Assembly (NCBI RefSeq): GCF_006345805.1
Contig: NW_021832367.1
Coordinates: 1-31,102, forward strand
From: Octopus sinensis
Lineage: Eukaryota
Length of the DNA: 31,102 nt
Direction of reading: 5' to 3'
In this document: in pieces, positions 1 to 9,490 of the stretch
How positions within the stretch are numbered: position 1 is the first letter of the stretch
How the letters are laid out: each line of letters begins with the position of its first letter
Position numbers and translations under genes: made by a program
Notes under the pieces: generated by a model
What the model was told of the DNA's origin: nothing
What the model saw: the letters and a program-made list of their open reading frames with translations, nothing else
Databases searched by the model: none

Positions 1-662
1 CACTTGATGAGATCCGAGCTATTTATGTGAAATCCCGGAACATACTGACAAGTACACATAATTTTCCACATAAACGGTGGAAGTAGTAGACCCCCTCTCC
101 TTAAAACGAAAACAAGGTGGCAGGGGCTAACATCGATGCAAAATGTCTTTGAATGTCGTATCATATCCTTTCGGTAACATCTTATAACCACAAATGTCAA
201 AGTGCATCCTTTGACCAGGTTTGCATAATTCATATGACTTGGAAGGCAGCTCCTTGAGCAACATTCCTATCTGATAACAGAATACATGCTCAAAGATGTC
301 GCACGACTCTACCGCACGTATCATTAGATGAACGGATGAGTATCTATGAACAGAAGACTATGCATGGATATGTTGGTAGAAAGTTCCGAGATGATGGCAA
401 TATTGATGTTGTTGAAATTCCAATGAAGGAGCCGTAGGTGTAGGATAGAAACTCTCTCCTCTATTGCCAACAAATCTTGAAATAACAGTGAATAATGACA
501 TACATACATACATAATACATACATGTATTATTATGGCTGCCCCCTTGTTACTGAGTATGGCCATTGGACGAAGCTTAACTGTTACTGGTGCTGTGATCGA
601 ATGTGACTTTTTAGCCCAGCTAAATATCTACAATGTATTTTACAGGATTGGCAACTAAAACC

Positions 663-664
<2 letters not shown>

Positions 665-694
<30 letters not shown>

Positions 695-760
695 CATACA
701 TACATACATACATACATACATACATACATACATACATACATACATACTTACATACATACA
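665..760. repeat. (TACA)n microsatellite
   Basis: Near-perfect TACA tandem array read directly; explains the YIHT/MYVC spurious ORFs. Confidence 0.97.
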
Positions 761-1255
761 TAAATGTGTGTATATTGGAAAAAGCACAATATTAGTGATC
801 ATAATTTTTATTGTTTATCCAAATATTGTTTTGCTCACTTCACATATTATGGCCTTCTTCACATACTATATGACATTGTAACATAACTTAAATGAGATTC
901 TCAGGTTTCATTAGGGAGTTTCCACTGCATCAATGGTTGCAACTTACAAATTTAATCCCTTTATTGACTTGTTCAACGATTTTCACGTGTTTGTTACATC
1001 AGAATACTAAAAGGACAACAAGTGGCTTTCATGCTTCTCTCAGTTGAATTTGTGACATTATTGAAACGTTTCCGAATGAACATGAAAATAGGTTTTAGTC
1101 TTTGTTAATAATTTGCTTTATATGTCTAACATGTATTGATTTCAATACTAACACGCATACATTTGTTTTTACATCTGAAAGAAAATATTTCTTGTTATTG
1201 CTATATGCATTGCATTATTTGTTCATAAATACAGATATTTACTTGTATTCTGTAG

Positions 1256-1346
1256 ATTACTCGTTATTTCAACGGAATTTACAGTGTCAAACATGTTCAG
1301 TCAATGCAATGCATGATAGGAAGTGACAAGCTGTCCAGGAACAGAG
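1256..1346 (+). CDS. Host gene exon A: N-terminal part of a Ly6/uPAR (three-finger)-like domain of an adhesion-GPCR-like protein; contains indel(s)
   Basis: ttgtattctgtag acceptor and GAG|gtaaaa donor. Reads DYSLFQRNLQCQTCSVNA...EVTSCPGTE and joins in phase 0 to the next exon (PVC...). At 91 nt it is 1 nt short (mod 3), so at least one indel lies near 1305-1320. Confidence 0.62.
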
Positions 1347-3317
1347 GTAAAATGGAATATTACTTTCTTCCTTTTCGTTAAAATATATCCACAACGTCAC
1401 TCGAAAGCCATAAGTCCACATAGATTGTACTATGCTTTCGCTAGTTTTTTTTATGCGCCTGCGTAGACATACACACACCCTGTCGATCTTCTTATTCATG
1501 ACTCAATGGGACGAGAAGGATGTGACGATTGAAGAGAGAAATAGATGAACATCACTAGGTTGGGACACATTTCACTTGATTAGACTGGGACAAAGTGAAA
1601 TAAAGTGCCTTGTTCAAGGACGCAACGTTCTACCCTGTCCAGGAATCCCTATTCAAGAAACGAACACACGAACTTAAAGTGAGCTTTCTCCGACAAAACA
1701 TGGCTGTCCTTAGAGTAGGATGTATGAATGTATGTGGCCAGAAGTCAACTTGGGATCAAGATTCCTTGTCGAATGACCTCGGGCCACTAACCTTAGAGGG
1801 GATAACTGCATGTTGGATGTGGCCCTACCATCTTGCAGAGATTAAAGGGAGCGGATTAAGGAAAAAGTTAAGAAGTAAATGACCGTCTCCTTCGTCTGTT
1901 GGCCATAGCAAAAGTGGTTGTTTGATAGACAAGATTATGAAATGTTCGAAAAAGATTAAATCTGCCCTCACATCAAGAAGTACAATAAGCTTCACAGAAA
2001 ATAACGGATGGGGGTCATATTATTTCAACAGGAATGGGTGAAAGCTATACGATTAAACGCAGCTAAAACACAAATTAAAATTGCCAGGCATATCTCTGAA
2101 TACACAGTTGTACATTGGTGAAAGAAACACAAGAGAAACAATAAAAGACACCGGTAATGTCACAGATCAATGCTTCACATTAACTGATCTACGAGAATAT
2201 AGGAGAATAGAGCGTGACATAAGAGCATGGCTGCAATCTGTTGCCTGTTTCATTGTCTGTTCTGATCTCAGACCTTTCTGTTTTCTTGAAGCTGAGTTAG
2301 CTTATGTAATGATTCATTCATTTGCAATCACAGACTCCATTGGCTCTTTTGAAGACGCCAGCCTTCGGACACTATCATTGGTTATTTTTTCATGACATCC
2401 TCACTCAGTTTGGGAGATCCAATTTTCTTTCTAAAACTTTTCCAACGTTGGAAGAAACGAGTTTCAATTTCAAAGTAAGGCAATGCAAATCTTATTTCTA
2501 ACTTCAATGTCTACATTTTCATTGCTTTTTTTATTGTTAGGTGTTTGCGATTATTAATTGCGTTTTCGTGATGGATTCTTTTCTTTAAATATTCTTCTCC
2601 ATTTCTGATATTTTTCGCTTTCAGAATGTCCCTTATTAAGTTAACAAGACCTTGGTTGTTTTCTCACCAAATTTTATACTAATATACCGTATTTTCATAT
2701 AAAATATACTTGCAAAATAAAACGAAGTTTCTCTTGTGTTCATTTTATGTATTTTCTGTTTTCATTTGCTTGGACTGAGGAGTTCAATCTGACAATTATA
2801 TTTCATTTTCATCTTTGGGTAAAGGCATATTAGTTTCTCTTGTTGGTGAGTTTTGTACGCATGATTTTCCGTAAATTTTATATGAAAAGTTCCTCTTGAG
2901 CATTCCTCCAGTAAGAAGAAATTTTAGAGAATTGATACATCTTTATTGGGATAATTTGACCTATTTTAAGTTGGGCGATGGGTGACAGTGCGATGCGGTT
3001 TTGATACAGACCGTGATCCGATGGCCATATCTACTTGTGATCCGAGAGGTTTAGACACTGTAAGCATTTAAAACATGATTTTTGAATACTAAATAGCAAT
3101 ACTTTTACGGAATTTACTTATGCTGTTAACTTTCAACAATTCGGAAACTCTTTTACGGTTTCATTTATTGCTTTGGGTATTTTAAAGCAATGATTAAACT
3201 TTCTTGCATGGTAAACATCCCCAGTGGTGTTGTTTCTGTTGTTGTTGCTGTAATTAGCAGTAATCGTCCTAATAAATATTGTTGTTGTAGTGTATAATTT
3301 TCATATCTATTATACAG

Positions 3318-3500
3318 CCTGTATGCCGATTCGCAATATCAATGAACGGTGCTAAACTGAAGACTGAAAGGTCCTGCAGCACATACAGAAAAGTGTTGAA
3401 GCTATGAGAAACAATACCCTTACATGCAATAAACGGACGAATGGCACGTCTTGTACTGGTTGTTGCGTCGGACACTTATGTAACAAGAATGATTTCATTG
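3318..3500 (+). CDS. Host gene exon B: C-terminal part of the Ly6/uPAR-like domain; one-base frameshift
   Basis: tattatacag acceptor and G|gtaagt donor. Reads PVCRFAISMNGAKLKTERSCSTYRK/(C)VEAMRNNTLTCNKRTNGTSCTGCCVGHLCNKNDFI with the CCxxxxCN three-finger terminus. Needs one extra base near 3390. Ends in phase 1, matching the exon at 4930. Confidence 0.75.
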
Positions 3501-3694
3501 GTAAGTGTTACTTAGTCTAATATAACACTAACAAGTTTATTACAAATTGATAGTTAATAAGAACATTTTATAGTAATTAATATACGGGAAAATATTTTGA
3601 TGTGTGTATACTATTTGCAATGCTCTCTCTCCCTCTCTCCCTCTCCCCCTCTCTCTCTCTCTCTAACACACACACACACTCACAGATCACAGAT

Positions 3695-3990
3695 GGAATC
3701 AAACACCACGACATGAAGGAAAAGAATAAAAGAGAGCACTTTTGGCGAGTGAGCAAAATATTGGTTAGAAAGCTGAATGCCTGGAACATAATTTCGGCGA
3801 TAAACTCGCACGCAGTCGCAGTAGTTCGGAATGACGCTGGAAAACTGAAGTGGACAGAGGAGAAGCTAAAGGAGTTGGACAGGAAGTCAAGAAAGGTCCT
3901 ATCGATGTATGGAACCAATCATCCATGTGCAGGCATTGATAGCCGATACACGAAGAGAGCGACAGGAAGAAAGGGAATGATAAGTGTGTA
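3695..3990 (+). mobile_element. Decayed R4/Dong-clade non-LTR retrotransposon fragment (region just after the RT core)
   Basis: Translation MKEKNKREHFWRVSKILVRKLNAWNIISAINSHAVAVVRNDAGKLKWTEEKLKELDRKSRKVLSMYGTNHP..IDSRYTKRATGRKGMISV resembles the R4/Dong pattern KLN..N.I.AIN..AV.V.RY..G...W...EL..LDRKTRK.L.M....HP..DVDRLY..R..GGRGL. Confidence 0.8.
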
Positions 3991-4003
3991 TGAATATATA
4001 TAT

Positions 4004-4461
4004 GAAAATAATAGTTATCGCCATACTAATATGGCATTCTTATAAAAATAAGAAAAAAGCTGTCCGCTTATTAGCTCCATGAGGCCATCGCCTTAAGTTA
4101 GCTATTTGATACACAAACTGTATCCATATAACCTTCGAACAAGGGAGGTCAGTCGCTCCACACTACTTGACCGGCAGCTACTGGCTGGCTACGCTGCATT
4201 GAAAAGGGGCAATACCCCGAAACGCGTCTGTAGCTGCCGGTCAAGTAGTGTGGAGCGACTGACCTCCCTTGTTCGAAGGTTATATGGATACAGTTTGAGT
4301 ATCAAATAGCTAACTTAAGGCGATGGCCTCATGGAGCTAATAAGCGGACAGCTTTTTTCTTATTTTTATAAGAATGCCATATTAGTATGGCGATAACTAT
4401 TATTTTCCGGGAACGCTGCCGCTGTTCTCTTTTAGAGAGACTTAGTAATTTTAATATTTCT
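4004..4461 (+). mobile_element. Non-coding fold-back element (178-bp inverted arms) with a central hammerhead ribozyme; pseudo-LTR/retrozyme-like
   Basis: Arm 4004-4181 is the reverse complement of 4230-4407 (one mismatch seen). The spacer carries a hammerhead motif. The element is flanked by TA repeats. Confidence 0.8.
4193..4234 (+). ncRNA. Minimal type-I hammerhead ribozyme, U3-A8 core variant
   Basis: Stem I GCTGCA/TGTAGC; core TTGAAAA (CUGANGA with the C3-G8 pair swapped to U3-A8); stem II GGGG-caata-CCCC; GAAA; palindromic stem III A-CGCG-T; GUC cleavage triplet (cut after 4228). Confidence 0.82.
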
Positions 4462-4467
4462 AATATA

Positions 4468-4506
<39 letters not shown>

Positions 4507-4519
4507 TATAATATATATA

Positions 4520-4787
4520 TAATTATTATTATTTGAGTGAATAAAATCCAAACTTACAAGGAAAAATTAAATTTAGAAATACTAAATCAAATTTCACACA
4601 ATATAAGATATATATAAAAAATTAAAATAAAAACAACAGCTTTTATCAATTCAAATGAACAATTAAATTACACCATCTAGAAAATTACATATATAGAAAT
4701 ATAAAAAATAAATAACAATTAAATGTCAATGCTTAAGTAAATTGCAAATAATAATAATAATAAAAACGTATATAATAGGTAGAATAA
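4520..4787 (-). mobile_element. Truncated copy of the AT-rich hammerhead-bearing element family also at 26121-26400
   Basis: Shares atgaacaattaaattacaccatctagaaaattacatat...aagtaaattgcaaa...aaacgtatata...ggtagaataa with 26146-26265; flanked by (TA)n. Confidence 0.7.
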
Positions 4788-4929
4788 GAATAATATATAT
4801 ATATATAGTATTTTAAGTGTATATGTGATTATGAATGTATATTTTTATCTACGTATGTGGGTTTTATGTGCATCTATGACGTGTGTCTCATTTATAAACG
4901 CAGCGATTATTTTCTATATCAATCCATAG

Positions 4930-5012
4930 GCTGGACCAAATCCCTCGTATTTCGTTTGATTTTTAAAAAGTTCAACGAATATAAAATCCCCGCTGAGAAC
5001 ATATCAAGAGCC
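4930..5012 (+). CDS. Host gene exon C (start of SEA-like region)
   Basis: atcaatccatag acceptor and GCC|gtgagt donor. Phase 1 start matches exon B. Open reading (G)WTKSLVFRLIFKKFNEYKIPAENISRA, phase 0 end. Confidence 0.8.
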
Positions 5013-5140
5013 GTGAGTAGATATCTGCCCTCTCTCTCTCTTTCTCCGTACACAGACGCGCGTGCGCGCACACATATGCACTGAACATGCGCACTCCTGC
5101 ATACACATACACACTCTCACGCACGCACACACACACACAC

Positions 5141-5383
5141 ATGCATATTTTATAGAAGAAATGTGAAACGTCAAATAAATAGTGAGGTTTCATGAAATTC
5201 AGACATTCAACTCCATTTACTGATAGTAAACTATTACATAAAACTTTCTTTTTTAACTTACTGAATTTTTTCTGGTCAATAAAAAGACTGTTCTATCCAC
5301 TATTTTGTCTTTATATATTCCGTCTTATAATTTCCGATTCTGACAGTAAATAAAATCCTACTCAAATATTCACTAATCTTGTG

Positions 5384-5477
<94 letters not shown>

Positions 5478-5719
5478 CATATTTTATAGAAAAATGTGAA
5501 ACGTCAAATAAATAGTGAGGTTTCATGAAATTCAGACATTCAACTCCATTTACTGATAGTAAACTATTACATAAAACTTCTTTTTTAACTTACTGAATTT
5601 TTTCTGGTCAATAAAAAGACTGTTCTATCCACTATTTTGTCTTTATATATCCGTCTTATAATTTCCGATTCTGACAGTAAATAAAATCCTACTCAAATAT
5701 TCACTAATCTTGTGTTTAC
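5141..5719. repeat. Tandem duplication of a ~245-bp unit separated and flanked by (CA)n
   Basis: 5141-5388 is nearly identical to 5475-5719; the visible differences are small indels. Confidence 0.92.
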
Positions 5720-5769
5720 ACACACACACACACACACACACAACACAGACAGACACACACACACACACA

Positions 5770-5800
<31 letters not shown>

Positions 5801-5875
5801 CACACCACACATAAGAACATATGTAATCACACACTTCCTTTTGGTAATATTTTCTTCTCAACATTTTCGTTTTCC

Positions 5876-5908
5876 TTTCTGAAAAAGAGATATGCTCGGA
5901 ACATTAAA
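5876..5908 (+). ncRNA. Degenerate hammerhead-like motif related to the 8795/21749 family
   Basis: ttt-CTGAAAA-a-GAGa-tat-gCTC-GGAACATT-aaa parallels gttt-CTGACGA-a-GAGC-tcc-GCTC-GAAACGTA-aaac; several core changes, probably inactive. Confidence 0.45.
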
Positions 5909-5958
5909 AACCCTCTCATTTCCCCCACTTTACCGAGTGTCAAGCTAATATATTATAC

Positions 5959-6270
5959 ATAATTATATCTCAAACGCAGGATAATGCTAATAGTATAGCA
6001 TGAACAGGATAAAGTATTCACCTGTTGCCGAAAACTCTGTCGGCGGCCAGATTACGCGTCTTATAAAGCTAGATGTATATAGCCTAACTTTGCAGAAGTA
6101 TTTGTCGTTCGCGCAGTTTAGCTTAATGGTAAAGCACTTGAAGCGTAATCACATGGGTGTGAGGTGTAGTCACATAGCTGGCTGACGACAGATTTATCTG
6201 CAAATTATGGATATTTCATGCGGTTCACGTTATATCATTAGCATTATCCTGCGTTTCAGAATAAAATTAT
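5959..6270. mobile_element. MITE-like fold-back element
   Basis: aaacgcaggataatgctaat..tat..c.tgaac (5972-6006) pairs with gttcacgttatatcattagcattatcctgcgttt (6223-6256); weaker complementarity extends inward; no coding capacity. Confidence 0.65.
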
Positions 6271-6328
6271 TTCTTTATTTTTCAATACATCTCAACGCTT
6301 TTAAATCAAGCTTTGTTTCTTGAATTTA

Positions 6329-6389
<61 letters not shown>

Positions 6390-6401
6390 CGGCTTTTGCA
6401 G

Positions 6402-6454
6402 ATTGAGCATGACCTTTCAACCGTGACGGGAACATTTAGAGTTGAAGACTGTGG
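6402..6454 (+). CDS. Host gene exon D (SEA-like region)
   Basis: cttttgcag acceptor and GG|gtaagc donor. Only phase 0 is open (IEHDLSTVTGTFRVEDCG), as required by exon C. Phase 2 end matches the exon at 21973. Confidence 0.75.
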
Positions 6455-6755
6455 GTAAGCAAATGCTTCTAACACATTCAAATTTATTTGCTTTTGTTCC
6501 AAACATTCGATTTTATCGAATGTATTATACGTCACAATAATCAACAGTGTTGTACTTGTGACCCAGAATATATTAATTCATACATTCAATGAAATGTTTA
6601 AGTGTTTATCATGTTTTATTATACAAAGGACAAACAAACCCATATAAAGATACAGAGAGAAATGTATATATATATATATATATATATATACCTATATATA
6701 TATATATATATATATTATTATTATAATATATATATATATATATTATATATACATA

Positions 6756-6824
<69 letters not shown>

Positions 6825-7792
6825 AATATATATATATACATATATATAATACGCATTGAGTCGAAACAGGAGCAGCTGAAGAAGGGGAATGTTCTCTGTA
6901 TTGTTTGTCTTGTACTCTGTTTTTTCGTTGTTGAAAAGAGTCTGTTTCCTTGTTTGATTTTATGTTTTCGTTTCTCGTTGTGTTCTACGCTTTTTTGTGG
7001 TGTCCTGTACTCATATATATATGTATATATACATATAGATGTAGGTATGTACATATATGTATGTATGTATGCATATGTTTTATTTATTAAATTGCTGTAT
7101 TTATATATATGTATATATATATACATACATATACATCACACATATATATACACACATATATATACACACATATATATGGGTGTGTATATATATAATTTGT
7201 GGTGGCTATCGGCAATTTGAAACCAACAAGGAAATAATTCACAGTCACTAAGTGTGAAAAGAGTGCAGTGAGCACCAGCATTATTAGAAATATTAGTCAT
7301 AGACTCCTTAGCCACAAAAAGACATATGGTCTGTTTGCACTGACAGTGGGGAGAACATTCCCCACGGTAAGCCAGATGGATTAGATTAGCATGGTAATCT
7401 CTTATAGGAAGTTAATACTCATCAGCAATGCTCACTCCATTACGGCTGGTGGAGGCTAACTCACGCCTCTCAGTATCATTGAGAATGCCATAGGAATTAG
7501 GGACTGATTTCACAAAATGGCAATGTGAAGATTATAAAATATTGAAGGTAGCTAACACACATTTTAAAACCAACCAGGTAATTATATATATATATACCAG
7601 CGATTATAATTATTTTTATTTTATCGCAATTTGATTTGTTACATATTTCTCGATAAATTATGAGCGCCAGGCGATATACCAGAACCTAGTGTTGTCGGGA
7701 CGTTCGGAGTCTGCGCAGTGATATGATTAGTTAGAAGAGTAAATCATTAGACGCACATGCTTCTAGTGAGTTAGGATCCCAGAAAAACAGGG

Positions 7793-7861
7793 TCTCACTG
7801 AAGAATTCTCCCTGGCAAATAAATTATCTTTATTGCTGAAAGAAGAAACTGCAGTCTGAGA
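7793..7861 (+). ncRNA. Type-I hammerhead ribozyme, canonical core
   Basis: Stem I TCTCA/TGAGA; core CTGAAGA; extended imperfect stem II (ttct...gcaaataaa-ttatc-tttattgc...agaa); GAAA; palindromic stem III A-CTGCAG-T; GUC triplet (cut after 7856). Confidence 0.88.
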
Positions 7862-8181
7862 ATTAACGGTTTAGTAAATGTTTTTATCTTGATTTCACTT
7901 ATTTATCAAGCTTCTGTATTCCTAGCACATATTCGCCTTAATGTACTGATATATGAAAAATATATGGCTTGTGTTAGTAATACCAGCGATTATAATTATT
8001 TTTATTTTATCGCAATTTGATTTGTTTACATATTTCTCGATAATTATGAGCGCCAGGCGATATACCAGAATTCCCTAGTGTTGTCGGGACGTTCGGAGTC
8101 TGCGCAGTGATATGATTAGTTAGGAAGAGTAAATCATTAGACGCACATGCTTCTAGTGTTTAGGATCCCAGAAAAACAGGG

Positions 8182-8252
8182 TCTCACTGAAGAATTCTCC
8201 CTGGGAAATAAATTATCTTTATTGCTGAAAAGAAAGAAACTGCAGTCTGAGA
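8182..8252 (+). ncRNA. Type-I hammerhead ribozyme (second monomer)
   Basis: Same TCTCA-CTGAAGA...GAAA-CTGCAG-TC-TGAGA arrangement as 7793-7861. Confidence 0.87.
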
Positions 8253-8424
8253 ATTACCGGTTAGTAAATGTTTTTATCTTGATTTCACTTAATTTATCAA
8301 GCTTCTTATTACTAGCACATATTCGCCTTAATGTACTGATATTGAAAAATATATGGCTTGTGTTAGTAATACCAGCGATTATAATTATTTTTATTTTATC
8401 GCAATTTGATTTGTTTATATATAT

Positions 8425-8455
<31 letters not shown>

Positions 8456-8464
8456 ATATATGAT

Positions 8465-8650
8465 CTTTCTCACTTTTTTCACTCTTTTACTTGTTTCAGT
8501 CATTTGACTGCGGCCATGCTGGAGCACCACCTTTAATCGAGCAAATCGACCCCGGGACTTATTCTTTGTAAGCCCAGTACTTATTCTATCGGTCTCTTTT
8601 GCCGAACCGCTACGTGACGGGGAGTAAACACACCAGCAATGCTTGGGAGA
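8465..8650 (-). mobile_element. SINE 3' portion with LINE-like tail
   Basis: Minus strand ...gcggttcggcaaaagagaccgatagaataagtact...ggggtcgatttgctcgattaaaggtggtgctccagcatggccgcagtcaaatgactgaaacaagtaaaaga. Related copy at 23167-23290. Tail matches the LINE 3' UTR at 27602. Confidence 0.75.
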
Positions 8651-8720
8651 CAAACACAGACACACAAACACACACACACATACACACACATGTATATATA
8701 TATATATACATATTTGCATG

Positions 8721-8920
8721 CAAAACGTGACCGCGTGTGTACCGTTGGTGATTTTTATTCCTCTGTCTTCCCTTCTCTGGATCTTTCCTTCTATGTTTCC
8801 GACGAAGAACTCCGCTCGAAACGTTAAACCCCCCTTCTTTCCTTCTTTCCTGGGCGTCCAATAATACTATATTTGTTCCACGTCCTCGCGTTGTGTATTT
8901 TTGTGCTTTCATGTTTGGAT

Positions 8921-8925
<5 letters not shown>
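8721..8925 (+). mobile_element. ~205-bp non-coding hammerhead-bearing element in a TA-rich tract
   Basis: Same family as 21647-21860 (opposite strand); carries a hammerhead motif at 8795-8829. Confidence 0.8.
8795..8829 (+). ncRNA. Minimal hammerhead, partly mutated copy
   Basis: gttt-CCGACGA-a-GAAC-tcc-GCTC-GAAA-CG-TT-aaac; U4C change and one stem II mismatch relative to the intact copy at 21749-21783. Confidence 0.62.
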
Positions 8926-8970
<45 letters not shown>

Positions 8971-8973
<3 letters not shown>

Positions 8974-9320
8974 GTAATTATAATTAGGGTTCAGCTAACT
9001 GCTTCAACACATACCGAAATTAGAAATAGGAGTTAAAATTCCTTTTCTGCTACACTAAGAATCTCCATGACGGTAAACATACTTTTTTTACGAAGGCAAA
9101 GAGCAGAATAATGAATCAACACGACCTGGATTAATTATATACGCGTTTCGAGATTAAAATAATTTAAATTTTACTCCTCTCTTCCGTATAATATTTCCAA
9201 TGTTTGAAAGTGTTATAGCTGCATATGCACACAATTAAGCGTCATCATGTAACAGATATCCAGTGACTGCAAATTAATTTTCGTGTTGGTTCTAAATTCC
9301 TGATAGCTACCTTAATTTAT
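8971..9320 (-). mobile_element. ~350-bp non-coding element between (TA)n tracts carrying a hammerhead motif
   Basis: Bounded by TA repeats; hammerhead at 9134-9192; boundaries approximate. Confidence 0.55.
9134..9192 (-). ncRNA. Type-I hammerhead motif (U4G variant or decayed)
   Basis: Minus strand: stem I ATTATA/TATAAT; core CGGAAGA; stem II GAG...taaaat-ttaaatt-atttta..CTC; GAAA; palindromic A-CGCG-T; GUA triplet. Confidence 0.72.
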
Positions 9321-9352
9321 ATATACACACGCATACACACACACACACATAA

Positions 9353-9385
<33 letters not shown>

Positions 9386-9426
9386 CTATGCATATGTATA
9401 TATATGTATATGTATGTATATGTATG

Positions 9427-9473
<47 letters not shown>

Positions 9474-9490
9474 TTATATATATATATGTA

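Larger units (their letters stand above)
7595..8417 (+). mobile_element. Retrozyme-like tandem array: ~2.1 copies of a ~387-nt non-coding monomer, one hammerhead per monomer
   Basis: Unit start taccagcgattataat recurs at 7595, 7981 and 8370 (periods 386 and 389); hammerheads at 7793 and 8182; (TA)n on both sides. Confidence 0.85.

Noticed and set aside
1-660. Short ORFs and a ttgatga...gaaa motif near the window start
   Set aside because: No recognisable protein motif in any frame I read; the motif lacks stems I-III.
620-881. ORFs of YIHT/MYVC repeats, and similar ORFs at 5643, 6326-7281, 9307, 23719-24146, 25444, 30239-31082
   Set aside because: Translations of microsatellites, not genes.
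1590-1910. Probable old SINE or other repeat fragments
   Set aside because: Only a short core match (gtgaaataaagtgccttgttcaaggacgcaacg); boundaries and family cannot be supported.
2081-2950. Coding-like, purine-rich minus-strand stretch
   Set aside because: Multiple stops and no identifiable domain; may be a decayed TE or pseudogene but unsupported without a search.
6850-6900. GAAAC...CTGAAGA resembling a permuted hammerhead
   Set aside because: Only 9 nt between the boxes, too few for stems III and I, and no GAAA after the following hairpin.
7410-7430. CTGATGA on the minus strand
   Set aside because: No stem II-GAAA-stem III downstream.
7595-8417. CRISPR-like or plain satellite interpretation of the tandem repeats
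   Set aside because: Eukaryotic context, ~387-nt units with no unique spacers; the ribozyme and TA flanks fit a retrozyme-like element better.
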